In this document: piece after piece, positions 1-14,500 of the stretch | Layout of the letters: each line of letters starts with the position of its first letter | How positions within the stretch are numbered: the stretch's first letter is position 1 | Origin: the human T2T-CHM13v2.0 reference genome, Homo sapiens | NCBI RefSeq assembly: GCF_009914755.1 | Contig: NC_060947.1 | Length of the DNA: 64,000 nt | Direction: 5' to 3' (one strand) | Made by a program: the position numbers and the translations under genes | Notes under the pieces: generated by a model | Database searches by the model: none | What the model was told of the DNA's origin: nothing | What the model saw: only the letters and a program-made list of their open reading frames with translations

Positions 1-620
1 GATGATGAGCATTTTTTCATGTGTCTGTTGGCTGCATAAATGTCTTCTTTTGAGAAGTGTCTGTTCATATCCTTTGCCCACTTTCTGATGGGGTTGTTTT
101 TTTTTCTTGTAAATTTGTTTGAATTCTTTGTAGATTCTGGATATTAGCCCTTAGTCAGATGAGTAGATTGCAAAAATTTTCTCCCATTCTGCAGGTTGCC
201 TGTTCACTCTGATGGTAGTTTCTTTTGCTGTGCAGAAGCTCTTGAGTTTAACTAGATCCCATTTATCAATTTTGGCTTTTGTTGCCATTGCTTTTGGTGT
301 TTTAGACATGAAGTCCTTGCCCATGCCTATGACCTGAATGGTACTGCCTAGGTTTTCTTCTAGGGTTTTTATGGTTTAGGTCTAATCTTTAAGTGTTTAA
401 TCCATCTTGAATTAATTTTTGTATAAGGTGTAAGGAAGGGATCCAGTTTCAGCTTTCTACATATGGCTAGCCAGTTTTCCCAGCACCATTTATTAAATAA
501 GGAATCCTTTCCCCATTTCTCGTTTTTGTGAGGTTTGTCAAAGACCAGATAGTTGTAGATGTGTGGTATTATTTCTGAGGGCTCTGTTCTGTTCCATTGG
601 TCTATCTCTCTGGGTTTTTA

Positions 621-1097
<477 letters not shown>

Positions 1098-1100
1098 CTA

Positions 1101-1463
<363 letters not shown>

Positions 1464-2420
1464 TTAAATTTTGTTGAAGGCCTTTTCTGTATCTATTGAG
1501 ATAATCATGTGTTTTTCGTCTTTTGTTCTGTTTATATGCTGGATTACATTTATTGATTTGCATATATTGAAGCAGCCTTGCATCCCAGGGATGAAGCCCA
1601 CTTGATCATAGTGGATAAGCTTTTTGATATGCTGCTGGATTCGGTTTTCCAATATTTTGTTGAGGATTTTGGCATCGATGTATATCAGGGATATTGGTCT
1701 AAAATTCCCTTTTTTTGTTGTGTCTCTGCCAGGCTTTGGTATCAGGATGATGCTGGCCTCATAAAATGAGTTAGGGAAGATTCCTTCTTTTTCTATTGGT
1801 TTGGAATAGTTTCAGAAGGAACGGTACCAGCTCCTCCTTGTACCTCTGGTAGAATTCGGCTATTAATTCATCTGGTCCTGGACTTTTTTTGGTTGGTAAG
1901 CTATTAATTATTGCCTCAATTTCAGAGCCTGTTATTGGTCTATTAAGAGATTCAAATTCTTCCTGGTTTAGTCTTGGGAGGGTACATGTTTTGAGGAATT
2001 TATCCATTTCTTCTAGATTTTCTAGTTTATTTGCATAGAGGTGTTTATAGTGTTCTCTGATGGTAGTTTGTATTTCCATGAGATCGGTGGTGATATCCCC
2101 TTTATCATCTTTGATTGCATCTATTTGATTCTTCTCTCTTTTCTTCTTTATTAATCTTTCTAGTTGTCTATCAATTCTGTTGATGTTTTCAAAAAACCAG
2201 CTCCTGGATTCATTGATTTTTTGAAGGGTTTTTTTGTGTCTCCATTTCCTTCAGTTTTGCTCTGATCTTAGTTATTTCTTGCCTTCTGCTAGCTTTTGAA
2301 TTTGTTTGCTCTTGCTTCTCTAGTTCTTTTAATTGTGATGTTATGGTGTCTGTTTTAGATCTTTCCTGCCTTCTCTTGTGGGCATTTAGTGCTATAAATT
2401 TCCCTCTACACACTACTTTA

Positions 2421-2672
<252 letters not shown>

Positions 2673-3284
2673 TCAATGTTGGCATAGGTGCAGTGTGGTG
2701 CTGAGAAGAGTGTATATTCTGTTGATTTGGGGTGGAGAGTTCTGTAGATGTCTAATAGGTCTGCTTGTTGCAGAGCTGAGTTCAATTCCTAGATATCCTT
2801 TTTAACTTTCTGTCTCATTGATCTGTCTAATGTTGACAGTGGAGTGTTAAAGTCTCCCATTATTATTGTGTGGGAGTCTAAGTCTCTTTGTAGGTCTCTA
2901 AGGAATTGCTTTACGAATCTGGATGCTCCTGTATTGGGTGCATATATATTTAGGATAGTTAGCTCTTCTTGTTGAATTGATCCCTTTACCATTATGTAAT
3001 GACCTTCTTTGTCTCTTTTGATCCTTGCGGGTTTAAAGTCTGTTTTATCAGAGACTAGGATTGCAACCCCTGCCTTTTTTGTTTTCCATTTGCTTGGTAG
3101 GTCTTCCTCTATCCCTTTATTTTGCGCCTTTGTGTGTCTCTGCACGTGAAATGGGTTTCCTGAATACAGCACACTGATGGGTCTTGACTCTTTATCCAAT
3201 TTGCCAATCTGTGTCTTTTAATTGGAGCATTTAGCCCATTTACATTTAAGGTTAATATTGTTATGTGTGAATTTGATCCTGTCA

Positions 3285-3890
3285 TTATGATGTTAGCTGG
3301 TTATGTTGCTCATTAGTTGATGCAGTTTCTTCCCAGCATCGACGGTCTTTACAATTTGACATGTTTTTGCAGTGGCTGGTACCAATTGTTTCTTTCCTGG
3401 CAGGCCTGGTGGGGACAAAATCTCTCATTATTTGCTTGTCTGTAAAGGATTTTATTTCTCCTTCACTTATGAAGCTTAGTTTGCCTGAATGTGAAATTCT
3501 GGGTTGATAATTATTTTCTTTAAGAATGTTGAATATTGGCCCCCACTCTCTTCTGGCTTGTAGAGTTTCTGCCGAGAGATCAGCTGTTACTCTGATGGGC
3601 TTCCCTTTGTGGGTAACCTGACCTTTCTCTCTGGCTGCCCTTAACATTTTTTCCTTCATTTCAACTTTGGTGAATCTGACAATTATGTGTCTTGGAGTTG
3701 CTCTTCTCGAAGAGTATCTTTGTGGCATTCTCTGTATTTCCTGAATTTGATTGTTGGCCTGCCTTGGTAGGTTGGGGAAGTTCTCCTGGATAATATCCTG
3801 CAGAGTGTTTTCCAACTTGGTTCCACTCTCCCTGTCACTTTTAGGTACACCAATCAGATGTAGATTTGGTCTTTTCACATAGTCCCACAT
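3285..3890 (-). pseudogene. L1 ORF1p remnant (RRM and C-terminal domain), disrupted
   Basis: ORF translation WDYVKRPNL...RRATPRHIIVRFTKVEMKEKMLRAAREKG matches L1 ORF1p; the C-terminus is frameshifted by a deletion near 3397. Confidence 0.92.
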
Positions 3891-4818
3891 TTCTCGGAGG
3901 CTTTGTTCATTTCTTTTTATTCTTTTTTCTCTAAACTTCTCTTCTCACTTCATTTCACTCATTTGATCTTCAATCACTGATACTCTTTCTTCCAGTTGAT
4001 TGAATCAGCTACTGAAGTTTGTGCATTCATCATGTAGTTCTCGTGCCATGGTTTTCAGCTCCATCAGGTCCTTTAAGGACTTCTCTGCATTGGTTATTCT
4101 AGTTAGCCATTCATCTAATCCTTTTTCAAGGTTCATTCTCTGTTCAGCTTTGTTCCATTGCTGGTGAGGAGCTGCGTTCCTTTGGAGGAGGAGAGGTGCT
4201 CTGATTGTTAGTATTTTCAGTTTTTCTTTTCTGTTTTTTCCCCATCTTTGTGGTTTTATCTACCTTTGGTTTTTGATAATGGTGATGTACCGATGAGGTT
4301 TTGGTGTGGATGTCCTTTATGTTTGTTAGTTTTCCTTTTAACAGTCAGGATCCTCAGCTGCAGTTCTGTTGGAATTTGCTGGAGGTCCACTCCAGACCCT
4401 GTTTGCCTGGGTATCAGCAGCGGAGTCTGCAGAACAGCAAATATTGCTGAACAGCAAATGTTGCTGTCTGATCTTTCCTCTGGCAGTTTCATCTCAGAGG
4501 GGTACCTGGCTGTTTGAGGTGTCAGTCTACCCCTACTGGGGTGTGCCTCCCACATAGTCTACTTGGGGGTCAGGGGCCCACTTGAGGAGGCAGTCTGTCT
4601 ATTCTCAGATCTCAAACTCCATGCTAGGAGAACCACTACTCTCTTCAAGTCTGTCAGACAGGGACATTTAAGTCTGCAGGTTTCTGCTGCCTTTTGTTCG
4701 GCTATGCCCTGTCCCCAGAGGTGGAGTCTACAGAGGCTGGCAGGCCTCCTTGAGCTGCGGTGGGCTCCACCCACTTCGAGCTTCCTGGCTGCTTTGTTTA
4801 CCTACTCAAGCCTCAACA

Positions 4819-5082
4819 ATGGTGTGCACCCCTCCCCCAGCCTTGCTGCCACCTTGCAATTCGGTCTCAGACTGCTGTGTTAGCAATGAGCGAGGCTCCA
4901 TGGGCATGGGACCCTCTGAGCCAGGCGTGGGATATAATCTCCTGGTGTGCCATTTGCTAAGACCATTGGAAAAGCACAGTATTAGGGTGGGAGTGACCCA
5001 ATTCTCCGGCTGCCATCTGTCACAAATTTGCTTGGCTATTAAAGGGAATTACATGACCCCTTGTGCTTTCCAGGTGAGGTGA
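4819..5082 (+). CDS. L1 ORF0-like antisense ORF in the L1 5'UTR, 87 aa, open
   Basis: ATG at 4819 in context acaATGG; MVCTPPPALLPPC..SDCC..GPSEPGVGY..IRVGVT resembles primate L1 ORF0. Expression not shown. Confidence 0.6.
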   Translation: MVCTPPPALLPPCNSVSDCCVSNERGSMGMGPSEPGVGYNLLVCHLLRPLEKHSIRVGVTQFSGCHLSQICLAIKGNYMTPCAFQVR

Positions 5083-5995
5083 TGCCTCGCCCTGCTTTGG
5101 CTCATGCTTGGTGTACTGTACCCACTGTCCTGCACCCACTGTCTGACAAGCCCCAGTGAGATGAACCTGGTACCTCAGTTGGAAATGCAGAAATCACCCA
5201 TCTTCTGCGTCGCTCATGCTGGGAGCTGTAGGCTGGAGCTCTTCCTATTCGGCCATCTTGGAACCCCCCTGTCTTGATTGCATTTTAAAAGTGCTTATTT
5301 ACTTGTTTTTTAAGAGTCTAAATCTGATGAAGATGGTAGGGTCTACAAGGAGATGGCTTTGTTGATACGTTTGTGTGCTGTCTTAGAATTATCTATAATG
5401 TATAAAAGGATAACATTTTACCACTCCACTGAATGAGGTCATAGAGTTCCAGTGGAAATAGATTTATTTTATGAGTAGTAACTTAAACCTAAACCTATAC
5501 AATCTGGACATCCAACAACATCTGATTGTCTGCTGGAAACTTATTTGCATGCCCATTAATCTTAAAAGTTGGATGTTAATATCTAGTTGTTCTTTATATT
5601 CTCACTGAAATTTAGTCAATAGTTTAGAGATTATTTTCCTTGGGTCCAGTCTTAAAATGACCAGATTTTCATACTTCAGAAGCAGAAAAGGTGAGATTTG
5701 ATTGTTAAGTCCTATTCCAACATTAAAATATCCATAATTGACTGCCTCCCTAGAGTTTGACTGATGTATCATTCATTCATTAAGTCATTTTTTGGACAAA
5801 TCTTTTACAGAAAGCCAGCTATAAGACTGAAAAAAAAAACAAACACGTAAGCCCATTAACTCTAGGAGGTTAATACATAAAAGCTGAGCTAGATGTTTAC
5901 ACAAATGTGAACTAACAGATACAAAAAATAGGAAATAAAGCTTGTCAATATAACAGAGGTAGTGATTTTTGAGTACCAACTAAAAAAAAAATTCT

Positions 5996-6100
5996 CAGGC
6001 ACAGTGGTGAGCGCCTGTAGACCTAGCTACTTGGCAGGCTGAGGCAGAATTGCTTGATCCCAGGAGTTGGAGGTCAGCCTGGGCAACACAGAAAAAAAAA
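5996..6100 (+). mobile_element. Alu monomer (FLAM-like)
   Basis: ggcacagtggtgagcgcctgta...gaggctgaggcag...cccaggagttggaggtcagcctgggcaaca-like sequence followed by an A-run. Confidence 0.75.
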
Positions 6101-7156
6101 TTGCTAAAAGTAGTGAATGCTTATGTTTAGTGTTCTTATCACAAAAAATAACAAAAATAGATCAAGAGGAAGCTTAGAAAATGTCAGCATAACTATTAAT
6201 AAATGAAAGGAGAAATCATGGGAACCTAACACTTTTGTCTTGATCATCACCTCCCATCATCTAATAAAGGATTATAAGGCAAAATTGACAAAGGATAAGA
6301 GGAGTAAGGGCTGGTGGAATAAGAAGTTGTAGGTAAATTATCTGAATACAGCCATCTGGGTCATTAGCTGTTAGTGCTGACTCAATTTGCCAGAAATGAT
6401 TATATGACAGGGAGGCTGAAAATTATTCGAAGATAGCTCAGAGCAAAGACAGCCCAAGGCTTTTTGGTCATTCTTGCTTGAAAGGGTCCTGGGTATCTCA
6501 AATTTCCTCATGTTCCTTTCCTTCCAAGTCTCACCTAGACCTTTAGCCCCTGCAACTGAGGATGAGAAAGGGTGGGTATGAGACAATGATGTGAGCATAA
6601 AGCCTATCTAGTTGCATTACAATTACAAAAGATGACTAAAAGGAAAGAAAACAAAAGGTAAAGTCCTGAAAATCTATGTGTATAAAATACATCCAAATGA
6701 TCTAAATGTATACAAGAATAAATTTACAAGAATATGAAGAAGCTTTATCCTCTAAGTACCTAAAATTTGAACCAATCCCTACCATCTCCTTTTTCCACAA
6801 AATACAATATACTATACAATTCCTGTTATAGGGACCACTAGGAAGGAACATGTAGTTTAAAACACATAGTTAAAAAAATTTTGGATTCAAGTTCATCAGA
6901 GTACCAATTTTCCTAACCATGTTTTCATAAAGGCCATCGGAAGATGTCACACTATTCAAATGCCCAATGATAAGACTTCTGATGAGACCAAACAGGTCAC
7001 ATTAAATCAATAGAATATCTTAGAAATAAAACCAATATGACTAAATCCAAAACATATCACATGAAGTACCACATGTGCAATACAAACCTACTTTAATAAA
7101 TAAAAGAAACACAGGTAGCTGCACTCAGGGAGAACATTCAGTTCCTGATGGCCTCT

Positions 7157-7874
7157 TAGTCTTCTCTGAGACTCCACTGCCACTTCTACCTGGGCAAGTC
7201 TAATGGTGCAGCCATGAAGTTTTTAACCATCTTGTCTCATTAATGCCGTGGTGCCAGACTGCACCACAACACCAGCTGGCACATGACAGAGGATTCATGC
7301 TCATGGGAATCATATTTGTCACCAATGGGTGTCAGCTTCTCAAGGCCATGCTTGGCAAACACACTTTTCAGCTTTGCTTCTAAAAGTGACAACCGTTGGA
7401 AGACCTTCTCCAGAGTGAGCTTCTGGTCCCCAGGCTCTGATTCTTCAGAAATGCACTCTGTAGTCTTCTCCAAAATGTCAGCCACCTCCACCAAGTCCTT
7501 ACAGAAACTCTGGATTCCAAATATCTTGGCGTCTTCCACACATCTCCGGGTTCACCTCCTTATGTTTTCACAATCAGCTATAGCTCTCCGGTATCTCACC
7601 ATTAAATCCTGGACTTCCTTCTCCAGTTTAACAACTTTTACCCTTAAGGCTTGTTCAGCAAGAGAGGGCCCAAGGTCATCAGGAAGGTCCTCGGAATGGC
7701 AGTCCTCACCAGCGGTTCCCTGGGTGGCAGTGCTGAATGGAAGTGGGCATCCCTTGCTCTCCCATGAGGCACTCTAAGCCAGTAGGTGCTACACCCGCTG
7801 GCAGCCCGCCCACGTTGACCACATGGCCATGTTCCCGACTTGGGCTGATGGAAGCAGCACAGGCGCACTTGCTC
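7157..7874 (-). pseudogene. GRPEL2: GRPEL2 (mitochondrial GrpE-like 2) processed pseudogene; CDS remnant 7157-7830 plus short 5'UTR
   Basis: Intronless minus-strand translation from ATG at 7830: [34 protein letters not shown]...VEDAKIFGIQSFCKDLVEVADILEKTTECISEESEP...VEVAVESQRRL. It has at least 4 premature stops and a frameshift near 7290. Confidence 0.95.
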
Positions 7875-7897
7875 AATATTTCTTTTTTTAGTTATAA

Positions 7898-8188
<291 letters not shown>

Positions 8189-8189
8189 T

Positions 8190-8527
8190 ATTTTTAATTT
8201 TCGTGGGTACATAGTAGGTGTATATAATTATAGGTTACATGAAATATTTTGATACAGGTATGCCATGCATAATAATCACATCAGGGTGATCACCTCAAAC
8301 ATTTATCCTTTGTGTTATAAACAATCCAACTATACTCTTTTAGTTATTTCAAAATGTACAATTAACTTATTTTTTACTATAGTCATACTGTTGTGCTAGC
8401 AAATACTAGGTCTTATTCTATTTTTTGTACCCATTAACCATCCCCATTTCCCTCCCACCACTACTATTCTTTCCAGCCTCTGGTAACAATCCTTCTACCA
8501 TCTATCTCCATGAGTACAATTGTTTTA
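8190..8527 (-). mobile_element. L1MA 3' end, left part (split by the L1PA insertion)
   Basis: gtgggtacatagtaggtgtatata...L1MA-type 3'UTR; continues at 15777. Confidence 0.8.
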
Positions 8528-11500
8528 TTTTTACATTTATTTTTGATTTTTTTTTCTTTAAGTTCTGGAGTACATGTGCAGGATGTGCAGGTTTGTTACA
8601 TAGGTAAGCATGTGCCATAGTGGCTTTCTGCACCTATCAACCCATCACCTAGGTATTAATGCCAGCAGGCATCAGCTTTTTTCCTTAATGCTCTCCCCCA
8701 TCCCCAACAGGCCCCAGTAAGTGTTGTTCCCCTTTCTGTGTACATGTGTTCTCATTGTTCACCTCCCACTTATAAGTGTGAACATGCCGTGTTTGGTTTT
8801 CTGTTTCTGCATTAGTTTGCTGAGGATAATGGCTTCCAGCTTCATCCATCTTTCTGCAAAGGACATGATCTAGTTCCTTTTTATGGCTGCATAGTATTCC
8901 ATGGTGTATATGTACCACATTTTCTTTATCCAGCCCATCATTGATGGGCATTTGGGTTGATTCCATGTCTTTTCTATTGTGAGTAATGCTTCAGTGAACA
9001 TATGCATGCATGTATCTTTATAATAGAATGATTTATATTCCTTCGGATATACACCCAGGAATGGGATTGCTGGGTCAAATGGTATTTCTGGTTCTAAATC
9101 TTTGAGAAATCACCCTATTACCTTCCACAATGGTTGAACTAATTTACATTCCCACCAACAGTGTAAAAGTGTTCTTATTCCTTTGCAACCTTGCTAGCAT
9201 CTGTTGTTTGTTGACTTTTTAATAATTGACATTCTGACTGGCATGAGATGGTATCTCATTGTGTTTTTTGTTTGCATTTCTCTAATGATCAGTGATGTTG
9301 AACTATTCTTCATGGGTTTGTTGGCTGCATGTATGTCTCTTTTTTTCAGAAGTGTCTCTTCATGTCCTTTTGCTCCTTTTTAATGGAGTTGTATTTTTTA
9401 AATGGTAAATTTCCTTGTAAATTCCAGATAATAGACCTTTGTCAGATGGGTAGATTGCAACAGTTTCCCCCCATTCTATAGATTGTCTGTTCTCTCTGGT
9501 AATAGTTTTGTTTGCTGTGTAGAAGCTCTTTAGTTTTATTAGATCCCATTTGTCAATTTTTGATTTTGTTGCAATTGCTTTCGATAATTTCATCATAAAT
9601 TCTTTGCACATGCCTATATCCTGAATGACACAGCCTAGATTTTCTTCTAGGGTTTTTATGGTTTTGGGTTTTACATTTAAGTCTTTAATCCATCTTGAGT
9701 TAATTTTTGTGTAAGTTGTAAGAAAGGGATCCTGTTTCAATTTTCTGCCTATTGCTAGCCAGTTCTCCCAGCACCATTTATTAAATAGGGAATCCTTTCC
9801 CCATTGCTTGTTTTTTGGGGGTTTGTCAAAGATCAGATGGTTGTAGATGTGCTGTTTTATTTCTGAGTTATATATTCTCTTCCATTGGTCTATGTGCCTG
9901 TTTCTGTACAAGTACCATGCTGTTTTGTTTATTGTGGCCTTGTAGTATAGTTTGAAGTAGGGTAGTGTGATGCCTCCAGCTTTGTTCTTTTTGCTTAGAA
10001 TTGTCTTTAAAATAGTTTTTTTTTCTAATTCTATGAAGAATGTCAGTGGTAGGTCAATTGGAATACCATTGAATCCATAAATTGCTTTGGGCACTATGGC
10101 CATGTTCATGATATTGATTCTTCCTATACATGTGCATGGAATGTTTTTCCATCTGCTTGTGTCCTCTCTGATTTCCTTGAGCAGTGGTTTGTAGTACTCC
10201 TTGAAGAGACCCTTCACTTCTCTTTTTAGCTGCATTTCTAGGTATTTTACTCTCTTTGTGGCAATTGTGAATTGGAGCTCATTTATGATTTGGGTCTCTG
10301 CTCATTTGTTGTTGGTGTATAGGAATGCTTGTGATTTCTGCACATTGATTTTGTATCCTGAGACTTTGCTAGACTTGCTCATCAGCTTAAGAAGCTTTTG
10401 GACTGAGATGACGGGGTCACAACAAAGACAATTTGACTTCCTCTTATCCTAACTGAATACCCTTTATTTCTTTCTCTTGCCTGAGTGTCCTGGCCAGAAC
10501 TTCCATCACTATGTTAAATAAGAGGGGTGAGGGAGGGCTTCTTCGTCTTGTGCCAGTTTTCAAGGAGAATGCCTCTGACTTTTGCAAATTTAGTATGATA
10601 TTGGCTGTGGATTTGTCATAAATAACTCATTATTTAGAGGTATGTTCCATCAAGACATAGTTTATTGAGAGTTCTAAACATGAAGAGATGTTGAATTTCA
10701 TCAAATTCAAGGCCTTTTCTGCATCTATTGAGATAATCATGTGGTTTTTCTCTTTAGTTCTATTTTTGTGATGAATTACATTTATTGATTTTTGTATGTT
10801 GAACCAGCCTTGCATCCCATGGATGAAGCCAACTTGATCATGGTGCATAAGATTTTTGATGTGCTGCTGGATTCGGTTTGCCAGTATTTTATTGAGGATA
10901 TTTGCATCAATGTTCATCAGGAATATTGGCCTGAAGTGTTTTGTTGTTGTTGTTGTATCTCTGCCAATTTTTTGTATCAGGATGATGCTGGCCTCATAAA
11001 ATGAGTTAGAGAGGAGTCCCTCCTTTTCAATTGTTTGTAATAGTTTCAGAAGAAATGGTACAAACTCCTCTTTGTATCTCTGGTAGAATTCAGCTGAAAT
11101 TCATCTGGACGTGGTTTTTTGTTTTTGTTTTTGTTTTCTTTTTGGTAGGCTATTTATTACTGCCTGAATTTCAGAACTTGTTATTGGTCTATTCAGGGAT
11201 TCAACTTCTTTCTGGTTGAGACTTTAGAGGGTGTAGGTGTCCAGGAATTTATCAATTTCTTCTAGATTTTCTAGTTTATTTGCATAGAAGTGTTCATAGT
11301 ATTCTCTGATGGTTGTTTGTATTTCTTTGGGTACAGTGGTGGTATCCCGTTTAACATTTCTGATTGTGTTTATTTGAAACTTCTTTATTTTCTTCTTTAT
11401 TAATCTTACTAGTGGTCTATTTTATTGACTTTTTCAAATAAACAGTTCCTGAATTTGTTGATTTTTTGAAGGGTTTTTTTGTGTCTCTATCTCCTTCAGT

Positions 11501-14500
11501 TCCACTCTAAGCTTAGTTATTTCCTGTCTTTTGCTAGCTCTGGAGTTTGTTTCCTCTTGGTTCTCTAGTTCTTTTAGTTGTGATGTTAGGGTGTAGACTT
11601 GAGATCTTTCTAGTTTTTCGATGTGGGCATTTAGTGCTATAAATTTCCCTCATAATACTGCTTTAGGTGTGTCCCAGAGATTCTGGTACATTGTCTCTTT
11701 TTCTCATTGTTTTCAAATAACTTCTTGATTTCTACCTTAATTTCATTATTTACCCAGGAGTCATTCAGGAGTATGTTGTTCAATATCCATGTAGTTGTGT
11801 GTTTCAGTGGGCTTTTTAACATTGAGTTCTCATTTGATTGTGCTGTGGTCTGAGAGACTGTTTGTTATGATTTCAGGTTTTTTGCATTTCCTGAGGAGTG
11901 TTTTACTTCCAATTATGTGATCAATTTTAGAGTAACTGTCATGTGGCACCAAAAAATGTATATTCTGTTGTTTTTGGGTGGAGAGTTCTGTAGATATCTA
12001 TCAGGTCCACTTTGTCTAGGGCTGAGTTCAAATCCTGAATATCTTTTCTAATTTTCTGTCCTCATGATGTGTCTAGTACTGACAGTGGGGTATTAAAGTC
12101 TCCCACTATTATTGTGTGGGGGTCTAAGTCTCTGTGTAGGTCTCTAAGAACTTGTTTTATGAATCTGGGTGCTCTTGTATTAGGTGTGCATATATTTAAT
12201 GTAGTTGGCTTATTTTTTTGAATTGAACCTTTTAACATTATGTAATGCCCTTATTTGTCTTTTTTGACCTTTGTTGGTTTAAAATCTATTTTGTCAGAAA
12301 CTGCTATTGCAACATCTGCTTTTTTCTGCTTTCCCTTTGCTTGGTACATTTTCCTCCATCCCTTTACTCTGAGTCTATGTGTGTCTTTGCACATGAGATG
12401 TGTCTCTTGAATACAGCACACCAATGGGTTTTGTCTTTGTATCCAGCTTGCCATTCTGTGTCTTTTAATTGGGGCATTTAGCCCATTTACATTTAAGGTT
12501 AATCTTGTTATGTGTGAATTTGAACCTCTCATCATTATGCTCACTGGTTAATTTTGCAGACTTGTTAATGTTGTTGCTTTATAGTGTCATTGGTCTGTGG
12601 ATTTCAATGTGTTTTTGTAGAGGCTGGTAATGGTTTTTCCTATCCATGTTTAGTGCTTCCTTCTGGAAGGCCGGGTGGTGGCAAAATCCCTCAGGATTTG
12701 CTTGTCTGAAAAAGTTTTTATTTCTCCTTCGCTTATGAATCTTAATTTGGCCAAATGTAAAATTCTGGGTTGGAATTTCTTTTCTTTACACATTTTGAAT
12801 ATTAGCCCCCAATCTCTTCTGGGTTGCAGAGTTTCTGCTAAGAGTTCAGCTGTTAATCTGATGGGCTTCCCTTTGTAGGTGACCTGGCCTTTCACTCTTT
12901 CTGCCCTTAACATTTTTTTCCCTTATTTTTACCTTAGAGAATCGGATGATTATTTGTCTTGGGGTAGGTCTTTTCATGAAGTATCTTATTAGGGTTCTTT
13001 GGATTTCCTGAATTTGGATATTGGCCTGTCTTGCTAGGTTGGGGAAGTTCTCCTGGATGACATAATTAAGTGTGTTTTCCAACTTTTCTCCATCCTCCTC
13101 ATCTCTTTCAGGTACTCCAGTTAGTCATAGGTTCAGTCTTTTTACATAGTCCCATAATTCTCAGAGATTTTGTTTGTTCCTTTTCATTCTTTTTTCTCAA
13201 ATCTTGTCTGCCTGCCTTATTTCAGCAAGATAGTCTTTATGCTTTGATATTCTCTCTTCTGCTTGGTCTATTTGGCTATTAATACTTGTTTTTGCCTCAT
13301 TAAGTTCTTGTGTTATGTTATTCCGCTCCATCAGGTCATTTATGTTTCTCTCTGGGCTGGTTTTTCTGGTTAACAGCTCCTGTAATATTTTTTCATGGTT
13401 CTTAGCTTCTTTGCATTGGGTAAGAACTTAATCCTTTAGCTCAATGAAATTCATTATTACCCACTTTCTAAAGCCCACTTCTATCAGTTCATCCATCTCA
13501 GCTTCAGCCTCATTCTGTGCCCTTGCTGGAGAAGTGTTGCAATTATTTGGAGGAGAAGAGGCATTCTGGCTTTGGGGATTTTCAGCCTTTTTGCTTTGGT
13601 TTTTCCTCATCTTTATTGTTTTCCTTATCTTCATTGATTTTTCCTCATCCACCTCTGATCTTTGAGGCTGATGACCTTTGGATGGGTTTTTGTGGGGTCT
13701 TTTTTGTTGATGTTGTTGTTGTTGCTTTTTGTTTGTGTTTGTTTGTTTGTTTGTTTTTTCCAAAAGTCAGGCCCTTCTTCTGTAGGTCTGCTGCAATTTG
13801 CTGGGGTCCACTCTAGTCCCTGTTCGCCTCCTATCACCAGTGAAGTTTGCAGAACAGCAAAGATTGCTTCCTGCTCCTTCCTCCAGAAGATTTTTCCCAC
13901 AGAAGCACCAACCTGATACCAGCCAGAGCTCTCCTGTCTGAGGTGTCTGCTGACCCCTGTTGGGAGGTCTCATCCAGACAGGAGGCACTGGGTCAGGGAC
14001 CCTCTTAAGGAGGCAGTCTGTCCCTTAGCAGGGCTGGTGTGTTGTTGAAATGGGAAAAGTTTCCTTATCCCCCTCGCAGGACATGCAATGGGGGTGTGGC
14101 TCACTCCTTCGTTGCCCCAGTGCTCAAACCCCAAGGGAAATCATGCAGATGGGCAAGTTGTGGGACTCTGACCTGACAGCAGTGTCTAGGGGTGAATGTT
14201 TACAGCTCCTGAGGCCCCGGTGGGTGTGTGTTATTGTGTACTCTTTCAGTTTAGCCATCTGCAGGTAGCTTGTGTTAGTTGGCTCAATTAGACCCTCTGC
14301 CTTATCACAAGGACAGAGGGTTTTCTGTATCCAGGGGTTTCTTGCCTTGGTGTACCAGAAGAATCAGATCACATGTGGGCTTGGAGAATGAGTGCAAGAT
14401 TTTATTGAGTGGAAGTAGCTCTCAGCAGATTGGGGAGCCAGAAGCGAATGGAGTGGGAAGGTAGTTTTCCCCTGGAGACAGACCACTTAGCAGCTGGGCT

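Noticed and set aside
7240-7539. 99-aa GrpE ORF as a functional gene
   Set aside because: It has upstream in-frame stops, no ATG at this start, a C-terminal frameshift and no introns, so it is a processed pseudogene.
9360-10235. 291-aa ORF as a cellular gene
   Set aside because: It is a fragment of L1 ORF2p from a disabled element.
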